The notes below the pieces were generated by a model. It saw nothing but the letters and a program-made list of their open reading frames with translations. It did not search any database and was not told where the DNA came from. A DNA stretch of 38,038 nucleotides, from the NCBI GenBank assembly GCA_027718005.1, contig JALLOP010000002.1, positions 1 to 38,038 on the forward strand. The letters run 5' to 3'. The stretch is from Patescibacteria group bacterium AH-259-L07 (GTDB lineage Bacteria; Patescibacteriota; Patescibacteriia; UBA2591; UBA6264). The position numbers were made by a program, and so were the translations under genes. Shown here in pieces: positions 1 to 7,774 of the stretch (within the stretch, counting starts at the first letter, position 1; every line of letters starts with the position of its first letter).

Positions 1-2
1 GC

Positions 3-737
3 GGTGCGTGCTGGAGCTGTCAGGATATTTGTAAAGAAGGGTATTTTGCTGATGTTTTAGAGTGTGAGCGTGTATGTGCTGAGCAGGGTAAGAAATGCGG
101 CGGTGATGAGTTTGGTGCGCTTGATCCAAGTGCTGCTACCGGTTTACAAGTATCGTGTTGGGCGTGCGTTGAAAAAGAGCCTGAGCCGTCTGTATGGGAT
201 ATTTTTTGGGAGATATTAGATATTGATGCAGGATGGACAAAAGTATCCACATTGCCAGCCGAGCATCGGGTGCACTTGATTGTGGCAAGTAATGGCGATC
301 CAGATATTCGTACCTTTTTGCCAATCAAGGTTGAGCTTGTTGTGGATGGAGATGTTGTGTGGCAGACCACCATTAGGGGGAGCCCTCAAGAGACATGCCG
401 TGATGCAACCGGCTGTAGTATTGATGGACCGCTTATTCAATCATCATGGCAGGGAAAGGAAGTTACGTTGAAAGCGTATAGCAAAGAGGGAAAAGTCCTT
501 GCGAGTTCACAATTTGATATAAAGGTTCCCAAAATTAAAGTTATTGAATATCAAGGAAAATATATTCCGCTCACGTCGTTACGGGTAGCAGCGCCTAATG
601 CCTGTGGAAAAGAGCATTGGCATCCAATATACGATGCAATCACCTCAACGGATAACACGATTTTATTTGATCCAAATCCTGAAGGATGCGGATTTGGTGC
701 GCTTGATACAACACCGGTGATAAGTGTCGCACCATGA
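3..737 (+). CDS. Cys-rich hypothetical protein, 5'-truncated by the window edge (host flank)
   Basis: The frame of the listed ORF 252..737 stays open back to nt 3 (GACWSCQDICKEGYF...). The listed start is only a TTG. The motif C..FGALD occurs near both ends. No family recognised. Confidence 0.55.
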   Translation, partial: GACWSCQDICKEGYFADVLECERVCAEQGKKCGGDEFGALDPSAATGLQVSCWACVEKEPEPSVWDIFWEILDIDAGWTKVSTLPAEHRVHLIVASNGDPDIRTFLPIKVELVVDGDVVWQTTIRGSPQETCRDATGCSIDGPLIQSSWQGKEVTLKAYSKEGKVLASSQFDIKVPKIKVIEYQGKYIPLTSLRVAAPNACGKEHWHPIYDAITSTDNTILFDPNPEGCGFGALDTTPVISVAP

Positions 738-755
738 TATGCGATAATTGAGTTT

Positions 756-1832
756 ATGACACTTCCCAAGGTTAAAGTTATTATTTTTGCGTTTGTGATG
801 TTTCTTATCACTGTTTTTCTGTGGTGGCAGTTATCATTGTTTTTAACCAAAGGGTTTGCTGACCTCAGCCATTTAGCATATATTGGCATTGGCTGGTTAT
901 TATTTTTAGCATTCAGTTTAGCTTTTTTACTTTTAGTTGAACAAAGAAATATAGTATTTGTAACTTTTATCTTTGGCATAGAGTCTTTTTTTCTATTTTT
1001 TGTTGGTGTTGAAAAATTAACGCTTAGTATGTATGGCATTGCAACGCTTGTTTTTTTATTACTGGTGATTATTGCGTATGAGAGAATTTTAGGAGAAAAA
1101 CAGGAGCGCTTAACTATGGTTTTAAGAAAAATTTGGAAAAGGGGTTTGCCATTTATTGTTTTAGGTTTGTCATTAATAATTGCCGTGACCTATTTTTTTA
1201 ATCCCTTGCTAAAAATTGGTCAGCAGGAAATTGAAATACCGTCTGAGATATTTCGTATATTGTTAAAGCCCGCGAGCGGATTGATTAGCGGCATTTTGCC
1301 ATTTTACGATGAAAATATGACTATTGACGAGATCTTAACCACCGGATCTATGTTAGAGGGCGGGGGAACTTCATCGCTTTCATTGGATCAAATTTCTCCA
1401 GAATTGTTGCAAAGTATTGATATAGGGAATTTAGAAGGTCTAGATATTAATGAGCTACTGAACAACCCTGAAATTGGCACGTTAGTGCGAGAGCAACTAA
1501 GCCAGAAAACACAGAAAACGTCTTCTTCAGCATTAGATCAACAGCGAAAAGCATTAGAACAATCATTAGGAATTACCATCAAAGGAAATGAAACATTTGA
1601 TATACTGATTGCTCAAGTAGTAAATGAAAAATTAAAAGAGTTTGTTGGCCCGCGCGCAAAAGAATTATCTATTGGTATTGCCGTGGCTTTATTTTTTGTA
1701 CTTCGTTTACTAGGAAAGATTTTTTCATTCCTCATTATTATATTCGCGCGCATGATTTTATCATTTCTTTTATTGCTCAATATAGCTGAGAAAAAAGAAG
1801 TGACAAAACAAGGTGAGACCATTACGATGTAG
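756..1832 (+). CDS. multi-pass membrane protein of unknown function (host flank)
   Basis: 358-aa ORF with several hydrophobic helices in the N-terminal third and at the C-terminus. Its ATG lies 19 nt after the upstream stop. Confidence 0.7.
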   Translation: MTLPKVKVIIFAFVMFLITVFLWWQLSLFLTKGFADLSHLAYIGIGWLLFLAFSLAFLLLVEQRNIVFVTFIFGIESFFLFFVGVEKLTLSMYGIATLVFLLLVIIAYERILGEKQERLTMVLRKIWKRGLPFIVLGLSLIIAVTYFFNPLLKIGQQEIEIPSEIFRILLKPASGLISGILPFYDENMTIDEILTTGSMLEGGGTSSLSLDQISPELLQSIDIGNLEGLDINELLNNPEIGTLVREQLSQKTQKTSSSALDQQRKALEQSLGITIKGNETFDILIAQVVNEKLKEFVGPRAKELSIGIAVALFFVLRLLGKIFSFLIIIFARMILSFLLLLNIAEKKEVTKQGETITM

Positions 1833-1852
1833 TATTGTATCAGCTAAGATCC

Positions 1853-1887
1853 AAAAAGGACTTATATTCACTCTATAAGTCCTTTTT
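1853..1887. terminator. bidirectional intrinsic terminator between convergent genes
   Basis: AAAAAGGACTTATA (1853..1866) and TATAAGTCCTTTTT (1874..1887) form a perfect 14-bp stem with a 7-nt loop. There is an A-run on one side and a T-run on the other. Confidence 0.6.
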
Positions 1888-1893
1888 CTTGTT

Positions 1894-3027
1894 TTACACT
1901 TCTTGGCAGAGGTAATTATCAAGCATGCTCATTCGCTCTTTATAATTTTCAGGATTAAGAAACCACATAATTGCCGCCATAGAAGAGAGCAAAGAGTTGC
2001 CATCTTGCGGGGTGAAACAAAATCCAATCAATTCTTTACCAGTGTCAGAGCCAGAGGGTTTGCGGATATGAAGTGAGGGAGCTACCACCACCGTATTATT
2101 CAGAATCCGGCCATAGTGACCATGGTCCCGACCAAACGAGAAAACCTGATGCATATTATCCTTATAGGTTAAGGCAATCTGAGGATTTGCTTGTAATTTT
2201 TTCATGATCCAATTATCATCAAAATTGTTTTGAAATTTCAGATTAAAGTGTATACTGTGCATATACTGCGTGTTGAGCTTTATCGCAGATGAAAAAATGC
2301 TGAGGTCATATCCCATAAGTGAAAAAAGGCGATGGGCATCAGTAGCATGGTGCGTGCCAAAACGTTCATCATCATGATAGGTGGTGGTGGGGGAGGCAAT
2401 AAATTTGCCGGTACGGTCGGCTTGACTAATATCACTGGCGCGACGCATACATACAAAATCTCCTTTTTCTAACGGATTGAGTGGCTGGGTGAGACTGAGC
2501 GTATGGATCAGAACAGCAAGGTTATGGGTATTACAGCTTAACACTTGAATGTATCGATCTTTATCCGGCACTAATGTTTTATCGCTCACCCCATACACAT
2601 AGGGTGTGCCAAAACCTGTTTCACTCCCTTGCGCAATAAATCCCAAGGTATTCAGCTCGAATTTTTTATAGTAGTCTTGTTTATTCTGATGGCCAAATCC
2701 TTTGGGCGTGCAGTCGATGACAATATCTGCTTCTTCAACCGCATTTTCAGTGCCGACAATGAAAGGCTGAAAGCCCAGTTTAATAAATTCTTCAGCTGCT
2801 TTTTTGTCTCTGACACAAAGCTTTCCTCCGCGTCTGATAAGCTCTCGTACTAATGGCTGGTCGCCACGCATATCTATTTTTTTACCATCTTTTTCAAACA
2901 GCGTCGGGGGAGTGAATTTGTGAAACAAGACGTTGTCTATATCCATTTTCTCTCTCAGATCACAGATAAGACTGATCAACGGTTCACCTATTGTTCCCGT
3001 GCCAATTACCAAGGTATTCTTTTTCAT
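1894..3027 (-). CDS. type II (archaeal-like) glyceraldehyde-3-phosphate dehydrogenase family protein
   Basis: N-terminal Rossmann motif VIGTGTIG. VLSCNTHNL resembles the catalytic SCNTT motif of archaeal GAPDH. RRASD and THHATD blocks follow in the order expected for that family. AGGAG lies upstream of the ATG. Confidence 0.55.
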   Translation of the reverse strand: MKKNTLVIGTGTIGEPLISLICDLREKMDIDNVLFHKFTPPTLFEKDGKKIDMRGDQPLVRELIRRGGKLCVRDKKAAEEFIKLGFQPFIVGTENAVEEADIVIDCTPKGFGHQNKQDYYKKFELNTLGFIAQGSETGFGTPYVYGVSDKTLVPDKDRYIQVLSCNTHNLAVLIHTLSLTQPLNPLEKGDFVCMRRASDISQADRTGKFIASPTTTYHDDERFGTHHATDAHRLFSLMGYDLSIFSSAIKLNTQYMHSIHFNLKFQNNFDDNWIMKKLQANPQIALTYKDNMHQVFSFGRDHGHYGRILNNTVVVAPSLHIRKPSGSDTGKELIGFCFTPQDGNSLLSSMAAIMWFLNPENYKERMSMLDNYLCQEV

Positions 3028-3118
3028 GATTTCTCCTTTTAAAGGAACATTGTATTATACAATACCCTTGCATTGTATCGCGCTCCCATTGTTTTGTCAA
3101 CAATAGTTTTTGCACAGG

Positions 3119-3147
3119 TTGACAGAAGGAGTAATTTTTGCTATTAT
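3119..3147 (+). promoter_or_regulatory. sigma70-like promoter for the 3204 gene
   Basis: TTGACA (3119..3124), a 17-nt spacer, then TATTAT (3142..3147). Confidence 0.45.
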
Positions 3148-3203
3148 AGTATTAGTTCGTTGAGAAACGAGTTGAAACCAATACATGAGATGGAGGAATA
3201 AAC

Positions 3204-3545
3204 GTGAGTAAGCAAGAAAAGATTGAGAAAATAGTGGAAATTATTAGAGAGTTTCGGTATCAGTCCTATGTTGAGCATTTGGCGGCGAATTATGCTACCA
3301 TTGACGAGAATCTACGCGAGCAGTTTATTGAGGAATACTATAAAAATGTTGAAAAAATTGAAAACGTATGGCTGGCGCGATTTTCACAGGATTTTAGTGA
3401 AATGAAGGAGCACGCACTCGATGCAATTATATCAGCTTCTTCGAGCTTCAGATTTAAGGCTCTATATCTACCGCCCATCGCAGCTTTGACATCATTGCTA
3501 ACACATACCCAGAGAGCCATTGTAAAACGTGGAAGACATAATTGA
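3204..3545 (+). CDS. hypothetical protein (host flank)
   Basis: 113-aa ORF with a GTG start 8 nt after GGAGGA. A terminator follows. Confidence 0.6.
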   Translation: MSKQEKIEKIVEIIREFRYQSYVEHLAANYATIDENLREQFIEEYYKNVEKIENVWLARFSQDFSEMKEHALDAIISASSSFRFKALYLPPIAALTSLLTHTQRAIVKRGRHN

Positions 3546-3572
3546 TGAAGTTGATAACTTCATCAATTTTTG
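3544..3572 (+). terminator. intrinsic terminator
   Basis: GATGAAGTT / AACTTCATC form a 9-bp stem with loop GAT, followed by AATTTTTG. The stem overlaps the stop codon. Confidence 0.6.
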
Positions 3573-3604
3573 TTGTCTGATATGCAGAACTCTTTACTTA
3601 CGAA

Positions 3605-3640
3605 GCAACTTTTTTCTATGTCAAGGCAACTTTTTTCTAT
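3605..3640. repeat. 15-bp perfect direct repeat x2 upstream of rpsI
   Basis: GCAACTTTTTTCTAT occurs at 3605..3619 and 3626..3640, 21 bp apart, just upstream of a TATAAT at 3665..3670. Confidence 0.7.
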
Positions 3641-3754
3641 TGCTAAAAAATATAGATCTGTTAGTATAATGAGTAATGTCTATTTGTCATTCCGACCCTT
3701 TATCTTTGACTAAAGGTGAAGGGGAGGAATCTCATAATAAATTATTGCATATTT

Positions 3755-4411
3755 ATGCCAACTAAGAAATCAACAACGAAAAAAACAACAAAAGAGCCGG
3801 CAAAAAAGCCGGTAGCCAAGCGAGCGACCAAGAAGCCGGTAAAAGAGACTACCAAACCGGCGGCAAAGAAAACAGTAAAGAAGGTTGCAACAAAGAAATC
3901 TGTTGAAAAAGCTCCTGTTGAAAAAGCTCCTGCTAAAAAATTAGCAACCAAGCCAAGCATTCACCCTGTTAAATCCGACAAAGTCGGTGTGAAACAATTT
4001 AACAGGGTAAAAAAAGTTGAGAAGGAGGAAATCTGGGCGACGGGAAAGCGAAAATCTTCTATTGCACGCGTGCAGTTTTTTAGTTCTGGGAAAGGAGAAA
4101 TTTCTATTAATAAGAGGAGTATAAAAGATTATTTTCCTGTATTTGAGCTGCAAAAGTCGGTGACATCACCGCTTGTTTTATTAAAACAAGATAAAAAATT
4201 TACCTTTAGAATAAGGGTTCATGGCGGCGGCATACGAGGTCAGGCAGAGGCAGCACGGTTGGGCATCGCGCGTGCTTTATCAGAGCTTAACCCAGAATGG
4301 CGAAAGCCGCTTAAAAAGGCAGGCTTTTTAAAGCGCGACCCGCGAAAAAAAGAACGAAAAAAACCAGGCCTCAAACGCGCCCGCCGCGCCCCGCAGTGGG
4401 CGAAGAGGTAA
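3755..4411 (+). CDS. rpsI: 30S ribosomal protein S9 with a Lys/Ala/Pro-rich N-terminal extension of about 100 aa
   Basis: The C-terminal 125 aa carry the S9 signature (GKRKSSIARV...GGGIRGQAEAARLGIARAL...PRKKERKK). ATG at 3755; the listed GTG at 3716 is an alternative start. Confidence 0.9.
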   Translation: MPTKKSTTKKTTKEPAKKPVAKRATKKPVKETTKPAAKKTVKKVATKKSVEKAPVEKAPAKKLATKPSIHPVKSDKVGVKQFNRVKKVEKEEIWATGKRKSSIARVQFFSSGKGEISINKRSIKDYFPVFELQKSVTSPLVLLKQDKKFTFRIRVHGGGIRGQAEAARLGIARALSELNPEWRKPLKKAGFLKRDPRKKERKKPGLKRARRAPQWAKR

Positions 4412-4412
4412 A
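4394..4412. repeat. attL core: 19-bp direct repeat covering the rpsI stop codon
   Basis: CAGTGGGCGAAGAGGTAAA is identical to 37841..37859. Confidence 0.75.
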
Positions 4413-4447
4413 CTGTGTAAAACTTAAAAGTCCCAAAAATTAAAAGG

Positions 4448-4461
4448 AACTGTGGATAACT
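4448..4461 (+). promoter_or_regulatory. single copy of the AACTGTGGATAACT motif, which contains an exact DnaA-box 9-mer
   Basis: This 14-mer also occurs twice in the tandem array at 35940..35963. TGTGGATAA is the reverse complement of TTATCCACA. It is also part of the palindrome TGTGGA-TAAC-TCCACA. Confidence 0.5.
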
Positions 4462-4466
4462 CCACA

Positions 4467-4499
4467 GCCCGACCATATGTTGGTCGGGCTTTTTGTTTT
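4467..4499 (+). terminator. intrinsic terminator supplied by the phage arm downstream of rpsI
   Basis: GCCCGACC / GGTCGGGC form an 8-bp stem with a 7-nt loop, followed by TTTTTGTTTT. Confidence 0.7.
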
Positions 4500-4516
4500 G
4501 GATAAATCGTTCTTAT

Positions 4517-4549
4517 GTAAGTTACAAAATTTCAATCGTAAGTTACAAA
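4517..4549. repeat. 12-bp direct repeat x2, each with an internal palindrome (operator or arm-site candidate)
   Basis: GTAAGTTACAAA occurs at 4517..4528 and 4538..4549, 21 bp apart. Each copy contains GTAA-G-TTAC. Confidence 0.5.
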
Positions 4550-4702
4550 CTATGGAGATTAAAACGAATACATTAAATGTGAAAGCATTTCGTGAGAGAC
4601 ACGACAAAGTAAAATTTGGCGTTGCCTTTTCTCTTTATGGAGCAAAGAGGCGGCGCCTTTTTGGTATCAAGTATTTTTATTACGGACTTAAAGGGAAAAA
4701 AT

Positions 4703-5023
4703 ATGCGAGGAATTATCACTAAAATTGATCAGTTGAAAAAGAGTTTTAACAACGATGATACTTGTTTTTATCGCCTCTACTTTAAGTTAGAGAGTGGGAG
4801 TTGGGCTAAGACTGATGCTGTGCCGGGCTTCAGAAACTTTGCGAGGTGGAAGCCGGTGATTGAAGGCGGTCCGGGCACAGCACTTAATGATTTGGTTTTG
4901 CTTGATGAGAATACGGTTGATGCTGATTGCTATCCGGAGATTATCACTGAGCCAAAACAAATCGAATTATTTGATTATGAACAAATATCAAAAACAAAAC
5001 ATACAGCTTTATCAGAGGCATAA
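4703..5023 (+). CDS. phage hypothetical protein
   Basis: In-frame ATG at 4703 inside listed ORF 4616..5023, preceded by AAAGGGA. Confidence 0.6.
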   Translation: MRGIITKIDQLKKSFNNDDTCFYRLYFKLESGSWAKTDAVPGFRNFARWKPVIEGGPGTALNDLVLLDENTVDADCYPEIITEPKQIELFDYEQISKTKHTALSEA

Positions 5024-5195
5024 GGAAGATATACAAAAAGGCTGGTGGGGATGGCATGGGTTGTTTGACCGGTTTCAATGCGTGAAGTGCGGAGAAACAC
5101 TGACGGGATCAGAATTTGTTACCGGCTATATCAAGAAAGGGGGCGAGGAGGCATGTAAAAAAATTCATTGTTATAACTGTTATAAAAGTTCTTAA
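4977..5195 (+). CDS. small zinc-ribbon protein
   Basis: In-frame ATG at 4977 inside listed ORF 4860..5195. Carries CVKC...CYNC cysteine pairs. Confidence 0.5.
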   Translation: MNKYQKQNIQLYQRHKEDIQKGWWGWHGLFDRFQCVKCGETLTGSEFVTGYIKKGGEEACKKIHCYNCYKSS

Positions 5196-5246
5196 AAAAG
5201 GTCGAACCAGCGCAACCTGGTTAAACTATTAAAATTGATTTTATTA

Positions 5247-6143
5247 ATGAGATTTATGGCACAAAAGAAAAAAGAAAAAAAACTAACACAGAAAGAACAG
5301 GAGGAAAAGACAGCTGTGGTGGTTCAGCCGATTCAGTCTCAGGTAGTTAAGTTTGGGCAATATGAGCCAGAAAAATTAGTAGAACGTGCAACAAAGATGG
5401 CCAATGCCCTTGCTCCCATTATTGATAAACAAAAGCTCTATATCCAGATTGGCAATAAAAAGTATGTTATGGCCGAAGGTTGGACTACAATGCTGGCGAT
5501 GTTGGGTGTATTTCCAGAGGTAGAATGGACTAAAAAAATAGAAAGAGGTGAAGAGATTGTATATGAGGCGCGCGTGATTCTTAAGACAATGAATGGCGAT
5601 ATTGTGAGTGCGGCTGAGTCTATGTGCTCATCTAAAGAGAAAAACTGGCAGGGCAGAGATGAATTTGCTATCCGTTCAATGGCTCAAACAAGAGCAACAG
5701 GCAAGGCCGCGCGTCTACCGTTCGCGTGGATAATGGCTTTGGGTGGTTATGCAGGAACCCCGGCAGAAGAGATGAATACTGATACGACAAAACCGCCATT
5801 CAAGGGAAACGAATTTAGCAGTAAGAAAAAATGGAGTAAAAAAAGCAAGCCAGTTACAGCCAAATCAGCTACAGCAATGATCAGCAAAGAACAGATAGAA
5901 ATTATCCATGAATTAGCCAAAGAAGGAGGAGCTAAAAGTTGGGCTGACGTGGTAATGTTGTCAGCTGGAATTTTAGAAAAACTTGTAACTGATATGAAAG
6001 AATTAACCTATGAGGATGCGGTTATAGTTATTAAAAGATTAACTGCAGAAGAAAAGCAAAATAAAAAACCAAGAACAAAAAAGGGAAAGATCGAAAAACT
6101 TATTGATGACGGAGAAATCGGCGATGACGAAATACCGAAATAA
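5247..6143 (+). CDS. phage early protein, possibly a DNA-binding or recombination protein (function not established)
   Basis: About 298 aa. ATGs at 5247 and 5256; the listed start is a TTG. Conserved-looking core (KKYVMAEGW..MLAMLG...MAQTRATGKAARL) with a Lys-rich linker. I cannot assign a family by eye. Confidence 0.6.
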   Translation: MRFMAQKKKEKKLTQKEQEEKTAVVVQPIQSQVVKFGQYEPEKLVERATKMANALAPIIDKQKLYIQIGNKKYVMAEGWTTMLAMLGVFPEVEWTKKIERGEEIVYEARVILKTMNGDIVSAAESMCSSKEKNWQGRDEFAIRSMAQTRATGKAARLPFAWIMALGGYAGTPAEEMNTDTTKPPFKGNEFSSKKKWSKKSKPVTAKSATAMISKEQIEIIHELAKEGGAKSWADVVMLSAGILEKLVTDMKELTYEDAVIVIKRLTAEEKQNKKPRTKKGKIEKLIDDGEIGDDEIPK

Positions 6144-6259
6144 TTGGCCATTGATCCTCGCTCTAACCAGATTTATGGTGCATATCTCAATGGCGTATGC
6201 TAATAGATTGTATCGGTTGGAGCGAGAACTGAACGGCTAATAAAAAGGAGGGACAAACA

Positions 6260-6355
6260 ATGAGCTATCCTGGCGCCATTACGACCAAGATAAACCCATT
6301 ATCGTCCCTTTGTAATTATAACAAAAAAAATGAAAGATACCAATATAAAAAATGA
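6260..6355 (+). CDS. 31-aa micro-ORF with the strongest Shine-Dalgarno sequence seen in the early region
   Basis: AGGAGG (6246..6251) lies 8 nt before ATG 6260. The ORF overlaps the start of the 6330 gene in another frame and is below the ORF-track cutoff. Confidence 0.3.
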   Translation: MSYPGAITTKINPLSSLCNYNKKNERYQYKK

Positions 6356-7082
6356 GGCCTGGAAATATGTAGTTATTACTGATAGCACAACCGATCAGCG
6401 ATTACTAAAAAAGGGAAGGATAGGTGTTTATGCTTATACTCTTTACCATTTTTACGCTACTCAATCAGCGATTCAACAGACCAATAAAGTCTGGATTACT
6501 GATAGTTTTTGTCGGAAAGGACTTCACTGGGGGCGGAACAAGTTTGAGCAAGCCAAAAAGATACTTATAAAAGAAAAAATTATTGAAGAAATACAAAGAA
6601 AAGACGAAAAGGGACATTTTACTAAAAAATATATTATCATTCATTTTCTCTATAATCCCGACCGTTTGACTCCAAACCCACAGGCGGTGAAACCCGCAAG
6701 CGGAAAAGAAACGACAAATGCTTTAGATAAAAAGACAAATGCTTTAGATAAAAAGATAAATGCTTCTAAAGAGAAAATAATAAATTACACCTTAAAAGAT
6801 AGAGAATTAACTGATTTATTATATTCTCTTGTCCAGAAAAATTATTCGTGGGTTAAACAAAAGACCGAAAAGGCATTAGAAAAAAATTGTGAAGAAATGA
6901 ACCGCCTTAACAGGATAGACGGCTGGGATTATAAGCAGATTGAATTTGTTATTAGATGGTCGCAAAAAGATGATTTTTGGCGTCAGAATATCAGGTCGGT
7001 CTCAAAACTTCGCAAACAGTTTGAAAATTTAATTATCAGAATCAAAGAAAAATCTAATAAAAATAAAATAGCGATTATATGA
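6330..7082 (+). CDS. putative replication organiser or DNA-binding protein
   Basis: The N-terminus looks like a winged helix. The C-terminus has FWRQNIRSVSKLRKQF. The gene contains 21-bp tandem repeats. Functional call is weak. Confidence 0.5.
   Translation: MKDTNIKNEAWKYVVITDSTTDQRLLKKGRIGVYAYTLYHFYATQSAIQQTNKVWITDSFCRKGLHWGRNKFEQAKKILIKEKIIEEIQRKDEKGHFTKKYIIIHFLYNPDRLTPNPQAVKPASGKETTNALDKKTNALDKKINASKEKIINYTLKDRELTDLLYSLVQKNYSWVKQKTEKALEKNCEEMNRLNRIDGWDYKQIEFVIRWSQKDDFWRQNIRSVSKLRKQFENLIIRIKEKSNKNKIAII
6714..6771. repeat. 21-bp tandem repeat, about 2.5 copies (iteron-like)
   Basis: ACAAATGCTTTAGATAAAAAG occurs at 6714..6734 and 6735..6755, followed by a partial degenerate copy. The repeats encode TNALDKK repeats. 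Confidence 0.8.
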
Positions 7083-7441
7083 TCAAAGTTAAATATAGCG
7101 AACAAGATATTTTTGAGTTAACAGAACAGGAGTTTAAAAAAGCATTATCAGAATGGAATAAAGGCAGGTCGGTTTTTGTCCGTCGTCTCGGAGCGTCTTT
7201 GTCGCCGTATTATCGTTGGGCCGGGGTTGAACCAGTTAATCCTAATGCAGGATACACGCGCGATGGCCGCAAAATGTTTCGTAAATTTGGGGAGTGGCGG
7301 TTTGTTGAATGTCCGGAACTAAAACCTGATCTGACTTATTATCCCGAAATCGCCAAAGATGAATTATTAACTGAGCAAGAATTTAAAAATAGATATTTAT
7401 TAAAAAAAGCTGATGAAAAATTGGAAAAGAAAAAAAATTAA
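7079..7441 (+). CDS. phage hypothetical protein
   Basis: 120-aa ORF whose ATG overlaps the upstream stop (ATGA). Confidence 0.7.
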   Translation: MIKVKYSEQDIFELTEQEFKKALSEWNKGRSVFVRRLGASLSPYYRWAGVEPVNPNAGYTRDGRKMFRKFGEWRFVECPELKPDLTYYPEIAKDELLTEQEFKNRYLLKKADEKLEKKKN

Positions 7442-7533
7442 AAAGCCAATTTGGGAACAACCTGCTTGCTATTTTTGTGGCTATCAAGGCAGACATAGAA
7501 AGGATTGTAAAATAAAAATTAGAAAAAAAATAT

Positions 7534-7752
7534 ATGCTAACCGACCAAGAAATAAAAATCGGCAAACTAAAACAAGACGTCATTGATCTGGCGCTTGATT
7601 TAGAAGTTACAAGAATTGAAAAACAGGCAATGGACATTACCTGTGAAAAACAAGGAGATTATGTGCGTTTATTATCACTTGAAACCGCATTACACAACAT
7701 ACAAAGGGGGTTAAATGAAATGGTCGCAGGAGGGATAAGAGAATATAATTAA
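7534..7752 (+). CDS. phage hypothetical protein
   Basis: 72-aa ORF. It competes with an unlisted 57-aa ORF at 7413..7586. Confidence 0.5.
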   Translation: MLTDQEIKIGKLKQDVIDLALDLEVTRIEKQAMDITCEKQGDYVRLLSLETALHNIQRGLNEMVAGGIREYN

Positions 7753-7774
7753 GATTTTAACTAATTTAGAACTT

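Noticed and set aside
20-440. Three listed minus-strand ORFs (20..373, 136..324, 216..440)
   Set aside because: They are antisense to a plus-strand frame that is open from the window edge to 737. They have no start context or recognisable features, so they are probably shadow ORFs.
4417-4430. GTAAAAC(C)TTAAAA similarity between the two phage arms (4417..4430 and 37762..37776) as integrase arm-type sites
   Set aside because: The match is short, imperfect and very AT-rich, so it is not distinguishable from background in this low-GC DNA.
4477-4722. Listed 81-aa plus-strand ORF immediately after rpsI
   Set aside because: Its ATG lies in the loop of the terminator hairpin. The region is full of repeat and operator-like motifs, and the ORF overlaps the better-supported start at 4703. 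I treat it as regulatory DNA.
6323-6330. A8 run considered as a programmed frameshift site joining the 6260 micro-ORF to the 250-aa ORF
   Set aside because: A -1 slip from the micro-ORF frame does not enter the 6330 frame; a +1 or -2 shift would be needed. In addition, the long frame only opens at 6294. There is no support for a fusion.
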